Positions 1 through 12,438 of a stretch of DNA of 64,000 nucleotides are shown here, piece after piece. Under the pieces are notes generated by a model that did no database searches, was not told the origin of the DNA, and worked only from the letters and a program-made list of their open reading frames with translations. Numbering within the stretch: the first letter of the stretch is position 1; every line of letters begins with the position of its first letter. The stretch is taken from contig NC_092384.1 in the NCBI RefSeq assembly GCF_030028105.1, positions 12,798,316 to 12,862,315 on the forward strand. The letters run 5' to 3'. The translations under genes and the position numbers were made by a program. The DNA comes from Mobula birostris (lineage: Eukaryota).

Positions 1-2020
1 CTCCGCTTCGGTACCTGGGAACTCCCTCTCCGAGTGTTTTCCCGTCCTTCACACACCCGCCCGAAATGTCCCTCTTCACCACAGTTATAACAGACAATAC
101 CGGTCGCTCTACTTCTCGCAGAGCCGCGTTCACTTGCAGCCCTCTGCTTAGTCCGTCCCCTCAGCGGGTCCGACTCCATGTCGGTTTTATCGTGCGGTGT
201 GGCCGTACCCGCCAGTCACAAGCGGGACATCTCAGTCCTAAACTCTGCCATAAGCTCCTTTACCACTCCCCAGCGTGGGCTATCAGTGGTCACTTCAGCC
301 AAGAGGCTACTACCGAGGGCTGTACCCTGCTGACAGAGGACTCCCGCGCCTCCATCGCATTATCCTCCTCTCTTCGTTCTCTGATCACCTCGACAAACGA
401 GGGAAGGGGTGCGTCTTACGAGACATTTGGAGACCCCAAGCGATCAAGACCTATGACTGAGCGCCTTTCGCCACTTGGCCCATTCTTAACTGACTCACCT
501 CAGACATTTGAATGTCCATCACCCCCACCCCCCGCACCACCACCACCTCCATCATCACCACCTAGCCGCAGGCAACTCAGCCACCTCTCTCGCCGAAAAA
601 TGTAGGCGGAAAGTTTCGCCCCTTTCTCCTGAAACATGTTCTAGAACCCCATCATAAGTTCCTTTGTGTTTCCCGGCACGCCAAAAGCATTTTCTAGCGC
701 TTGTGTGCAGCCTGCAGAGGTAGCAAAGGAATTCTGTGTCATTAGGGATCTCACTACGTCCGTATCTGGCCGCCTCAAACTCTATATGCCATCGTTATCT
801 TTTACGTCATCAGAGCACTACCACTCATACTCCATCTGAGAGGACTGTCTTATACCCCTCTTCCCCTTTAGGGGTGGGCTTCATGTCCCGAGAACATTTT
901 TGCCTACCCTGGCTGGGACTCTGAACCTAGGCATTTGCCGTTTATTAGCCAGAAAGGTAAGGGTCGCTACCAACACAGAATGCTCACCCCACGCTGGAGG
1001 ACTTATTAGACCTTTCACATCATACCGCTCCTTCCCCTCGCTCCGCAGAAACGAGAGCTTACTGTCTCAGCCCCCAGCTAAGGGAAACTCGGCTTCCGAT
1101 TCGGCAGGCTCTCCTACACTCCCCTCCTCCCGGAAAGTATGAAGAGCCCACGCCCGCTCCTTCCTATCCCGGGGCCCCAGTAGTACCAGGCAGTTTCAAT
1201 GCCATTACGTCAGCGCAAGTCCGAAGTACGTATAACAAAGTTTTTGCCCGCCATTCTGTCAGACATCTGCTGCATGATCGAAACTGTTCCTAATGCTTTA
1301 ACGGTATTTAAAATCCGAATTAACAATTCATTGGGATTACGAATGTAATCAATACACACGCATTTGTTACCGGTAACCCCGTGGATTCGCACCATCGCTC
1401 AGCCCCTGCAGCGTCCGTAGTCACATATCTTAATCACTTTATCGGACAATAGTTTAACACAGGGTTAAACACGCAAGCCACCGGATCAATGGTCAAGGCA
1501 ATCAGACAGCATCCAACGAAACCGATCTGGGGCGATACCCCACAAATGAAACCTTGCTGGTTTCCTCGCCTGCGTAGATCTAGGTCCCTCCAAACTCTTA
1601 AGATTGAGACGGATCTCCTACCCCAAACCCCGGTTTGTGTGGATGCTGTGTAAGAATTATATTTATGAAACTGAACTAAATGGTTAGTAAAGAAAAGAAA
1701 GAAACAGGGCCCATTATAATTAAACAGTCAAATGTTCACAAGTTGGAGATCAATTCACCGATCCTCAATTGATCTCGCCGCTTGGCTCCATCGAATCACG
1801 GGCTCCCCACCGGGTCGTATCTTACGACCAGTTCGCTCCAGCTTCTTCTTTCTTCCTTTCCCGTTCGACAAAAGAACCAACTCACATTTCAAACAATCCG
1901 TTATCTCTAACCATAACCCAAAACATTTCTTTTACAGAAATACCATTACATTAGCAGTGAACCATTTCCCAGGGAAAAGTGAAAACAGATCTCTGGAAAG
2001 TGATCTAAAGTAGGAACAAA
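1..2020 (-). mobile_element. Decayed Gypsy/Ty3 LTR retrotransposon 5' part with PNMA-like gag, cut by the window start
   Basis: Minus-strand translation, with stops and frameshifts, gives a PNMA-like N-terminus (ORF 1210..1395: NELLIRILNTVKALGTV), a capsid-like segment (QALENAFGVPGNTKELMMGF*NMFQEKGAKLSAYIF; PSFVEVIRERREEDNAMEARE) and a CCHC zinc knuckle VCYNCGEEGHFGGVCE near 45-95. Probable LTR remnant at about 1650-2020. Boundaries approximate. Confidence 0.75.
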
Positions 2021-2035
2021 AGTAAAACAGAAGGT

Positions 2036-4143
2036 AATTAATTGCATAAATATTCACCCCCCTTTAAGTCAGTATTTAGGAGATGCACGCTTGGCAGCAA
2101 TTACAGCCTTGAGTCTGTCTGGATAGGTCTCTATTAGGTCTTTGGTCGACACAATTTTTCCGCAAAACTGCTCAAGTTTGTTGGATTGCACTGGGACAGT
2201 GAGTCATCAGCCCTTTTCAAATCCAATCATAAATTCTCAGTTGGATGGAGGTCTGGGGTCTGACCAAGACTTCAGCTTTCTTGTCTTAAAGCCATTGCTA
2301 TGTAGCTTTGGCTTTATGTTTTGGGTCATTGTCTTGCTGGAAAACATATCTTCTCCCAAGTTAAATTTCTCTTGCAAACTGCATCAGGTATTCCTCCAGG
2401 ATTCCCCTGTATTTTGCTGCATTCAGTTTTCCCTCTACCTTCACAAGCTTTCCAGGGCCTGCTGCAGTGAAGCATGACGCAAAACACCATGCTTCACAGT
2501 AGGGATGGTGTGTTTTGATGATGGGTGGTGTTTGCCTTACGTCAAACATAGTGATAGATCTGATGGCTGAAAGCTCAGATTTGGTTTCATAGACCATAGA
2601 ACTTTCTTCCAGCTGATTTCAGAGTCTCCCACATGCCTTCTAGAAGACTCTACCCGAGATTTCATGTGAGATTTTTTTTTAAAAAGTGGCTTTCTCTTTG
2701 CCACCTTCCCATAAAGCTGCGACTGGGGAAGAACCCAGGCAACAGCTGTTGCATGCACTGTCTCTCCCATCTCAGGAGGTGAAGATTGTAACCCATCTAG
2801 AGTTATCAGAGGGCTCCTGTTCACCTCCTTCACTACTCCCCTTCTATCACGGGCACTCAATTTTTTGTGGACGGACTGTTCTGGACAGCATTACAGCTGT
2901 GCCATATTCTTAACATTTCTTGATGATTTACTTAACTGAACTCCAAGATTTTCCCCTGATTTGTTTAATGTGTACAGTGAAACAATATTACAAAAAAATG
3001 AGACATCACGGGAATCATAGTTGGCGGTGAAAACGTCAGTAATTTCAGATATGCGGATCTGTGTTAATTGCAAGTACAGAGGAAGAACTACAAAACTTAA
3101 TTGGTATAGTTGTTGAAGAAAGTACAAAAATGGGTCTATCGATCGATTGCAAGAAGACAGAATGTATGGTGATATCCAAAAAGAAGGGGAAACCTATCTG
3201 CAGGCTGAGAATAAATGGGAAGAAATAAAACAAGTACAGAACTTTTGCTACTTAGGAAGCTGAATGAAATCAGATGGCAGGTGCGACAAGGACATCAAAA
3301 GAAGAATAGGAATGGCAAAAGACACCTTCACGAGAATGAAGAGTATACTGACCAACACTAAACTGGGCATGACAGCCTTCCTCAGAGTACTGAAACGTTA
3401 CGGTTATCCAGTTATGTTATATGGCTCAGAATTTTGGACAATATCTACTAACATGAGGAAACGAATTGAAGCAGCAGAAATGTAGTTTAGGGGAAGATGC
3501 AAAGAATATCATGGACGAAACGGATATCTAACGAGGATGTCATGAACAGAGCAAGAACTAATGTATGAGATCATGAAAAGGCAACGTAACATCATTGGAC
3601 ATGTGATTAAGAAAGAGGAGTTAGAATGCACGGTAATTATGCGAAAGATTGAAGTGAACAAAACAAGAGGAAGGCAAAGACAAATGATGATGATGGAGAC
3701 AGCAGCCAGAGAACTGGAAATGAATAGCAATGAATTGATCCACTTGATCGGAAAAAGGAGTGTGTGGGCCATGGCAGTCAAAGCTCAAACTGGGCATGGC
3801 ATCTGATGATGATGATGATGATGGACTCCAAGGTATATACAGTGTCTTGGAAATTTTCTTGCATCCCTCTCCTGACCTCTGCTTTTTCGATAACCTTTTC
3901 ACGATGTTGCTTGGAGTGTTCTTTTGTATTCATAGTGTAGTTTCTGCCAGGATGCTGATTCAGCAGCAGTTGGACCTCCCAGACACAGGTGTATTTTTAC
4001 TACAATCAATTGAAACACCATGACTACACACAGATCTCCAAAATCAAATCTCCATTTAACTAACAATGTGACTTCTAAAACCAATTGGCTGCACAAGTGA
4101 TGATCTGTGTCATATTAAGGGGGTGAAAACTATGCAATCACTT
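2036..4143 (-). mobile_element. Tc1/mariner DNA transposon, degenerate, interrupted by an RTE LINE
   Basis: Minus-strand transposase fragments: KRKPLFKKKSHMKSRVESSRRHVGDSEISWKKVLWS and CFTAAGPGKLVKVEGKLNAAKYRGILEE. Degenerate inverted ends: attgcataaatattcaccccctt at about 2041 and aagggggtgaaaactatgcaatcact at about 4118-4143. Confidence 0.8.
2948..3824 (+). mobile_element. 5'-truncated RTE-clade LINE with (GAT)n tail
   Basis: RT C-terminal peptides DKDIKRRIGMAKDTF and VMLYGSEFW. Tail tgatgatgatgatgatg. Flanked by the direct repeat ACTCCAAG at 2940-2947 and 3825-3832 (TSD). Confidence 0.85.
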
Positions 4144-4149
4144 ATTTTG

Positions 4150-5830
4150 TGTTTTCTTTGTAATTTCTTTATTGAATTTCATCATCAAACAAACATTTCC
4201 ATAAAATGTATTTCAGATACTCTACATATATATCATATTTGTCACAAATCTCCACATAATATTTACCTGAGGTATACAATTATAGAAAGGAGAGGAAAGA
4301 AAGAACAATCGAAAGAAGAAAACTATGTACAGAGTAGAGAGTGATTTCTTTTTTAGAGCATATTCGTTGGCTTCTCAGTATAAAATCATGCCTATGAGGT
4401 GTTATGTAGTTAAACCATTTTTCCAGTATGAATACAATTGTTCCAACTTATGATTAACAGATGCTGTTATCTTCTCCATTTTGTAAATGTCCATTGTAAT
4501 TTCCATCCATACATTTAAAGTTGGTCTCACCTGTGATAACCATTTCCTGGTAAGGGACTTTTTACCAGCCACCAGCAATATATTCTTTAAATATTTATCT
4601 CTTTTCAACCATTCTTGAGGCATATACCCAAAATATATGCTGTTACTCTCTAAGGGTATTTCACATTTAAAGATGTCTTGTAGGGCATTATGTATCCCAC
4701 TCCAATAGTCTTTGATAACGGGGCATTCCCAGAAAATATGATAATGGTTTGCATTTTGATTCCACAATTTGTTCAGAAAATTGGGGGGGAGGGGTTACTA
4801 ACATAATGGGATTTCTGAGAGGGTTTTTCCACCCGAACTCCCTCCATTTCTGTGAACTGGTACACTTCCATTGATACCTCCATATTATTGTCCAGTCTTC
4901 CTCAGATATTATTATCCCTCCTTCCTTCTCCCATTTTGTTTTAATGTATGAAGTCGAATGTGCTTTAAGATTTGACAACCCCTTGTACACGCTTGAAATT
5001 ATTCTACTAACGTTGTCTGAATAATCTGCTTTTCTAAATAGCTCTATCAGACATGTACTTGCCTTGGTTCCATTTTTAACAGTCCAATTAACATACCATC
5101 GCATCTGTAAATACCGGTAAAAGTCTTATTTTTCTAATAAGTGTTTCTCTTTGAGTATTTCAAAACTGAACAGTGCTCCTTATTTCACTATATTGCAAAT
5201 AGCTGTTATTCCTTTAGCTGTCCAGTCCTTAATCTAGCATCCAGTTTATTCAGCATAAAATCCAAGTCATATGCACACCATTTAAGAATTGCAATATCTC
5301 CTTCTAATGTGTATACTTTTATAATAGTTTTCCATATTTTAAGAGTCCATTTCATCCATGGGTTGTCAATATTATTTATATTACTTTGTAGGCTGTAATC
5401 AGCCAACATATCCTGTATGGGGATGGAAAGTATTCTCTCCTTAATACTTTTCCATTGAGTATCATATGATGGGTTGCACCGGCATATCACGGCTCTCAAC
5501 TGTGCTGCAAAATAATAATCTCTAACAGAAGGTAGACCCCATCCCCCCTTTTCCGTTGCTAATTGCAAAGTTTTGAGACGAACCCTAGGCCTTTTACCTT
5601 GCCATATTTATGCCGTGTCCCTTTCATAGTAATTCTCCTGATATCTTCATTTTGTCTGCTATATTGAGCTAATGGTTCCAGATATAATGCGAAGAGTAGC
5701 GGTGACCATGTACAACCCTGTTGTAAGTCAATAAAACATGAAACCTTCCAAGGGGGTTGGGGGCGAATTCCTTTTATAGGCACTGTATACAGTATATATA
5801 TAATTGCAATACATGTGTTGCACTGTCCTG
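4150..5830 (-). mobile_element. L1-clade LINE ORF2 3' fragment
   Basis: QQGCTWSPLLFALYLEPLAQ (RT), KGGWGLPSVRDYYFAAQLR, and the C-terminal NHYHIFWECPVIKDYW motif. Frameshifted. Boundaries approximate. Confidence 0.8.
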
Positions 5831-7445
5831 GGGACACAAAATAACAAATGACTTGACATTATCAGTGATATTATACCTACCTCTAATGTCTGATTCTACA
5901 GTGGTAGAATCCAGCAGATCCATTTGAAATGTTCAATGCTAATGTCTGTTCCAAAGCCAGACACCCGAAAACACCCTTTATATTACAGTGTTGAGGAATG
6001 GCTCCATGAATATGTACTAATTAAACTGTGTACAGGTTTCATTTCTTGAAAGCCTAATCCATAATTGCATTATCTATGATGTCATGACTCCAAAATGATC
6101 TCTAAGAGCCAAAAAGGAAATGAGTCTTGCAACACATTGCTTATATCTGGAGTGCACCATTGCACTTGATCAGATCTCACACGAACTTGTAGACGATGCC
6201 TTATACAGATTTGAGAAGGATAATTCATAGGGTTACATAAGGGAAAACGTAGAGAATGAACTCGGAGGTAATCTGTGAGTTATTCTGTATGGTGAGTTGC
6301 CCTATACATGTCTCAACCTCGCGTGTGGCATATGAACCTGCACGAATATTCTCACCCACACAGCCAGCTCTTCCCTATTTAATGCCCACACTACAAGGCT
6401 TCGATCTCCGCAAAGGAACTTGACCAGTGTTTTTAGGGTTAACTGCTGACATGGAAGTCAGCTTATTGCTATAATATTTGTGTTCCCTTTTCACCACAGT
6501 CTTTACAATGGCCACACAGGCCGACTGGAGCTTGTTATTCATTGCCAGAACTGTAATAGACACTGCAACTTAAAATAGGCCATTGGATAGATTCACAATT
6601 CCGTGCAGTTTACTGAGAATATTCAACAGTGTTAAATAGTGGGCTACTGGGAAAGACTACTGATTTATAATTGTTCTTTCATTCAGTATCACTCTGAGCA
6701 GAAAGAAGCCACTGAACTCCACAAAGCTATTCTGGATGAAATCCTTAATTGTCTGTACCTCAGTCAGGTGCACTCATCAGTCTCGTGAAACCCACAAACA
6801 ACAAAGAATGACCGATTTTTGCCTGGAAAGGCTCAATTTTACTTTGGGTGGAGAGAATTCCAGTTATACAGGACTGTGTTGAAAATTCCCCCATGTGTTT
6901 ACTCTTGATCTGCTAACGTTAACTAAGGATTCAGTCACCTCATTCTTCAGCCTTTGAACAAAAGGAAATCACTTTGCTGCTTCCACTCTTTTTAGCATTT
7001 TGCACACTTAGTTCAAATCTATCCTCGTGATTGTAGGGAGAGATTCAAATGTATATGATCCTCAGGGATCTTCACAGGATGGAGATGGAGAGGATGTTTC
7101 TTCTTGTGGGAGAGTCTAGAACTAGGGCTCTGAGGAAACAGAGCTAAACACGCTAGTATCATTGCCGATTATCTGGACTTTGAAAACTCAAACTTCTTCC
7201 CCAAAAACACATTATTCTTACTTGTGCACAGCGAAAGCAGCCTGGTCCCTATCGCCACATTGTTCTGAAGTTGGAACAATGAAATCTAATTTTTCTTTGC
7301 AGATATTCACTATTTGGTAACATTGTGGATCATCAAATTGCTTATTAACTTGATTAATCACCAACCACATTACGACAATACAGGAATTGATAGACAATAC
7401 AATTTCCAAGTTAAACGCTAATAACACTTCAACATTAGTAAAACG

Positions 7446-8170
7446 TGTTGTGTACTTAATATTTCAGTAATATTTAATTAATGTTGTAAATATATTGTTT
7501 GATAGGGTACTACTCGTTGTTTACATAACTTATTATGGGTTAATGTAAAGTACTTGAATGCCTTGTCTGATTACAGCAACATGTCCTATGAGCACAGCTC
7601 ACTGAAGTAGAATGAAGTAGACACACTTATCCACAGTTACCGTGTTTTACTTTTAATTAGTTTCTCCAGTTGCAAAATATAACGGAGGTGATGAGGTAGT
7701 TTAACAATTAACCAGAGAGGACTACCTATCTGCTGAAACGCAGCACGTTTTTGTCTTCGCAAGGGGAGAGGGACATTCGAGTTAAAAAGAAAGTGCAACA
7801 CGTATTTCTTCAGAAATGGTAGATTTTAAAAGGCAGCAAACGGATGAATTCACAGGTTCATAAACAGTGAGTGCCGGAAATAATAATAATAAATAATTAA
7901 AAGCAAAATTGGCTGGCAACAGCAGAAATATAAATGTGTTTGATTACACAAGAGATAACTACATAATGTATAATGAACAAAATGAGCAGTGGAAGCAAAT
8001 TAAATAGCTAACGAAAAGAAGGTGCCCGTTTTGCTGAGAATAATAGGTGCAAAAGCATACAGTTTACTTAGAAGTTTGACTGCTTCAGCCAAACCAGCTG
8101 AAGTGAGATTTGTTGATAAAAGGAAAGACTTGCAGAAACTTTTAGAAGGTCTTTTACAAGGTACTGTTCA
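7446..8170 (+). mobile_element. Truncated Gypsy-like element: probable LTR plus gag 5' fragment
   Basis: tgttgtgtac...aaaatataac LTR-like segment at about 7446-7683, a degenerate PBS-like ggtgatgagg, then decayed gag resembling VPVLL..IGAKAYSLLRSLTASAKPAE. Confidence 0.5.
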
Positions 8171-9710
8171 TGAAGCAGCTTAAAAAGTTAAGCGTCCATG
8201 GCATTACATAAAAGATACTAGCATGGATAGAAGATTGGCTGACTAGCAGGAGACAAAGTGTTAAAATACAGAGGGGCTTTTCTGGTTGGCTGCAGATGGC
8301 TCCACAGTGCTGCTCCACAGGGTTCGGTTTTGGGAATGCTTCTTTTCAACTTTTTTTGTAATTTATTTTTATTGAAGTACATCATCAAACAAACATTTCC
8401 ATAAGATGTATTTCCAATACTGTACATATATATCATATAATCATGTTTGTCACAAATCTCCACATAATATTTTTCTGAGGTATACACTTATAGAAAGGAG
8501 AGGAAAGAAAGAACAATCGAAAGAAGAAAACTATGTACAAAGTAGGGAGTAATTTTTTTTTTGCAAAATATTCATTGACTAGTGAGAATAAAATCAGGCC
8601 TCTGAGGTGTTATGCAGTTAAACCATTTTTCCCAGTATGAATCAAATTGTTCCAACTTATGATTAGCAGATGCAGTTATCTTCTCCATTTTGTAAATGTC
8701 CATTGTAATTTCCATCCATACATTTAAAGTAGGGCCCTCCTGTGATAACCATTTCATGGTAAGGGCATTTTTACCAGCCACCGCAGTATATTCATTAAAT
8801 ATTTATCCCTTTTCAACTCAATGATTTGAATGAGAGAATTGATAGCTTTGTGATCCAGCTAATGGGCGATACCGAGACAGGTGGAGGTGCCAGCACTATT
8901 GAGAAAGCAGGGAGTCTGCAGACAAACTTAGAGAGTACGGGAGAATGGACAAATTGGCAGATTGAATAAACTGTAGGGAAGTGGATGCTCATGCACTTTG
9001 GAAGACTGAATAAAGACATTGAGTATTTTTAACCGGGAGATTAACTTGCAGGTTGAATCGATGGTAAGGATGGCAAATGCAATATTAACATTCATTTCCA
9101 GAGTACTAAAATACTAAAGCACTAAAATACAGGTATGTAATACTGAGGCTTTATTAGACATTAGTCAGACCGCACGGAGTAGTATGAGCAGTTGTGGGCC
9201 TCGCATCTAAGAAACGATGGGCTGACATTGAAGAGGGTCCAGAGGAAGACTTAGGGAATGCTTCCATGTGAAAATGTCAACATATGAGGAGCGTTTGATG
9301 CCTTTGAGTATGCATTCGCTGTAGTTTAGGAGAAGAAGGAGGCACCTCATTGTAGTCTATCGAACATCAAATGGCCTGGATAGAGTTGATGTGGAGAGAA
9401 TGTTTCTTACAATGTTTCTTACAGATGGGACTAAGATAAGGGAGCGCACTCTCATAATAGAGGGGCGTCTATTCAGAACACAGATGCTGAAGGAAGAAAC
9501 TCTTTAGCCAGAGCGTAGTGAATTGATGCAACTCATTACCAACTCATTGCATATATTTATAGCATAAGTTGATATGTTCTTGATTTGTCGAGATATCAAA
9601 GGTTTTGGAGCGAAGACAGGAGAATAGGGTTGAGGGCATGTTGGATTTGCGAGGTGTCTCAATGAGCCGAAAGGTGTAATTAATCTCGTATGTCTTATGG
9701 TCTTGCGGTC
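8170..9710 (+). mobile_element. CR1 LINE RT and 3' fragments, with an inserted L1 3' end
   Basis: Typical CR1 text (gcatggatagaagattggctgact; gagcagttgtgggcctcgcatctaag) and CR1 3' tail tatgtcttatggtctt near 9690. Confidence 0.65.
8345..8815 (-). mobile_element. L1-clade LINE 3' end, second copy of the 4150-4600 family
   Basis: ORF 8572..8781 (LTMKWLSQEGPTLNVWMEITMDIYKMEKITASANHKLEQF) closely matches ORF 4402..4767, and the 3' UTR is shared. Confidence 0.8.
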
Positions 9711-11213
9711 TAATTCGGAGAACTGAAACTGCATGCAGTATATATTTAGCCTCCGGCCCTAGATGACGACGTACGGATTTTAGTTTTGAAATGTACTGAG
9801 TGTGTTAGCTGTAACTGGTCGGGTAACCTCACATACAACGACAGTGTTCTTTTTTCCATGACCATGCAAGCCTTCTATCAATTCCTATTGTGGTGGTCCA
9901 GAGATCTTCAGAAAACTTCTATAAAACACAGATTGGAATGTAACCTCAAACAGAAGTTGTTGAACTGCAGAAGAGTACCCTGGAAATATGTTTGTATTTT
10001 ACCTCCATATCCTCCGAGTCTTTCGTGTTTTTACAAGTACGTGGACAAGGATTGGATGAAATTATTAATTTTTTCCCAGAGCGATGTTTGAAATACTTAA
10101 GAATCACCTACTTCTTTTGTAGAATACCTTTCCATTCATGGCCCAAAATCTCATATGCTTCACACAACACAATTTTGATTAACCGACTACTTTCAGTTTA
10201 TTTCTGCACAGCATTCAGAACAATATAATTTCCTCTGTCCTTTCTATCCTCGTTTATTTTCATAGGGTTTTTTTTTTAACCATGTCTAATGCCTTGCTCT
10301 GGTTTACATAGTTTTCCACCAGTGAGTGCATGACGATCATAGAAGAAATATATTTAGGAAGAAACAACGCAGAGGGAGAAAAACAATTAAATTGAAATAT
10401 TTTAACACCATGAAATTCCTGCAAGATCTCTCTTCTTAAGAAACACTCTGGTTTCCTCTGTAACGTATGTCTAAACCTCGCCGTAAATTTTCACTCTTAC
10501 ATTGAGTACCTTAAACTTAAACATCGGTGACTCAGATTCTCGCGTAGTGACGAAGTATAGTGGAGTTCAGAAATGCAATATATTTCGTCCCTCTAACATA
10601 CTGTTGTGTAACTAAAACTCCAAAGCTCTTCCGAAGGAAACTGTAGTTGACTTGAAATTAACTTTGCCATCAGCGGTCGCAATTCTCCGTACGAATACGA
10701 ACACCACTCAATTTCTGATCCCAATCCTGCACGTTTACTTATCCCATCGTTCTGAAACACTCACCGTGATTTTCTGTTACCTCTGAGTTCCACTATTCAG
10801 ATAAACTGTTTCTGCATTGCTGTGTTAGATAAACACAGTTATAATGCCTTTTGATTCTATAGGTTTGGTGCCGACTAAATTACTGAGATATGCAGCAAAA
10901 GTGCATCGTCATATTTGAATTAAGGCCGTTTTATATCTCTCCACGCAGCCTTTGCTTTCCTTCTTCTGTAACCTCTTCCTTGGCATTGATATTTCAGAAT
11001 ACCTCAGTTTCATTGTTTTGAGGTTTCCCGAGTATAACTCTGATCGTGTCGATTTCTCCCTTGCTCTAAAAACTCCAACTCTTCTAAGCCCAGTTCCTTA
11101 TGTAATAATCTCTTCGATGCTTCTTTTTTGTTCCATTCATCTGACTGTTCTCCTGTGAAATCCTTGCGGTTCAGCGCTAGTTGTACTTTGATTTCCGTTG
11201 CTTCGCCAATGAA

Positions 11214-11222
11214 CAGGAAGTG
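11214..11222 (+). promoter_or_regulatory. Candidate ETS/PU.1-type site (CAGGAAGTG) about 130 bp upstream of the gene A start codon
   Basis: Motif match and position only. Confidence 0.3.
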
Positions 11223-11347
11223 TAGACCTACACACGTCCGAAGAAAACCAAACGTCATATCATAGTCCTTCGATGTAAAACAGAGCAATCATTACTTTCA
11301 TTTATCAAGAAAGCGAAGCATAAGTTGATTGCTTTGCTCAGAATGTT

Positions 11348-11402
11348 ATGACTGCAATGTTTCTGTTCTTGTTTCTGTCTCTCTCGAGGATCACTTGCTC
11401 AG
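11348..11402 (+). CDS. Gene A exon 1: signal peptide MTAMFLFLFLSLSRITCS
   Basis: ATG at 11348, hydrophobic core, phase-1 donor G|gtattt, in frame with the V exon. Confidence 0.75.
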
Positions 11403-11657
11403 GTATTTGTACGTTATTTCAAACTTTTCCAAGTACTAGAATATGAAGAAGAATGATTACCTCAACTCAGTAGAATCTATTGCTTTAATAGATGATTGAA
11501 TGGCGGAGCAGACCGAATGGGGCAAATGGCTTATTTCTGCTCCTATGTCTTATAGTCTTATGATCTGATATACTTCCTACTTTCCATGCCGAAATGTGTT
11601 CTGAAATGTTTAATGCCACGTTGAATACAACTAACCAATTTCAACACGTTTTAATAG

Positions 11658-11978
11658 TTGCTGAAGAAGCTTCGATTATCGTGACACAGATTCCTGATCG
11701 AGAGATTATATGGATGGGAGGAAACATCACTTTCCATTGCATAATCCCTCTTACGTATGACCAGTCAGGAATTGAAGTGCGCTGGCGGAAGCAGGGGAAG
11801 AATGAATACCTACAAAATGAACTTACCGGCAGGAAGAGAATAGGCAGCAAAAATAAAGGAGGGGGCTCTTTTCAACTGCTGAACGCGACTGCCCAGGATA
11901 CGGGAATCTATCAGTGCGTAGTCATGCGTGACGGAAAAATCATAGGAGAAGGAGGAGAATCAAACCTGACAGTGTGTG
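11658..11978 (+). CDS. Gene A exon 2: Ig V-set domain, germline-joined VJ type
   Basis: Acceptor ttaatag|, donor G|gtgagt, 321 nt, phase 1/1. Motifs: ITFHC, VRW, FQLLNATAQDTGIYQC, and J-like G strand GEGGESNLTV. Confidence 0.93.
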
Positions 11979-12438
11979 GTGAGTAGAATGAGTGAGCGGG
12001 AACATCTGAAATTATTATATATCGTTACCATATCACTTTGAGATTTCTGGAAATATAAGGACCCAACAAAATTTGTTAACTCTGCTAAATGCATTATCTA
12101 AAGCTTCGTTTACTGCCTCGTTTTACAATTCAATTTTTTTATACAGAAAAAAAATGGAAAGGTTAGAATGACAGCAGGTATTCTATATTTCATACCAAGC
12201 AAAACTACAAACTGAAGAGCAAGCTAATATAAATCCGAACCAATCTCGGCTTCTTGCGCCCCATTGTGTGAGCTAACCAATATCAGTAATTCATCTGTTT
12301 GGCACTTGAAAAGACAGGCTGATAGGTGCAGATTTACTGATAAAAACACGGTCTTACAGAGGATGCCTTTATTCTCTCACATTCTGTGTTTAATTTCCTC
12401 CCCTCAAAATGTTTTGTTTTACACTTTGTACCCCACAG

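Noticed and set aside
66-605. 179-aa proline-rich + strand ORF
   Set aside because: Antisense shadow of the minus-strand gag remnant.
7690-7727. tgaggtagt...actacct resembling let-7
   Set aside because: Only the first 9 nt match, the stem is 7 bp, and it sits at the PBS/UTR of a Gypsy remnant.
10910-11288. Minus-strand ORF 11010..11288 and an LRYSEI ITIM-like word in an overlapping frame
   Set aside because: No coherent exon boundaries; the text resembles a decayed CR1 endonuclease segment.
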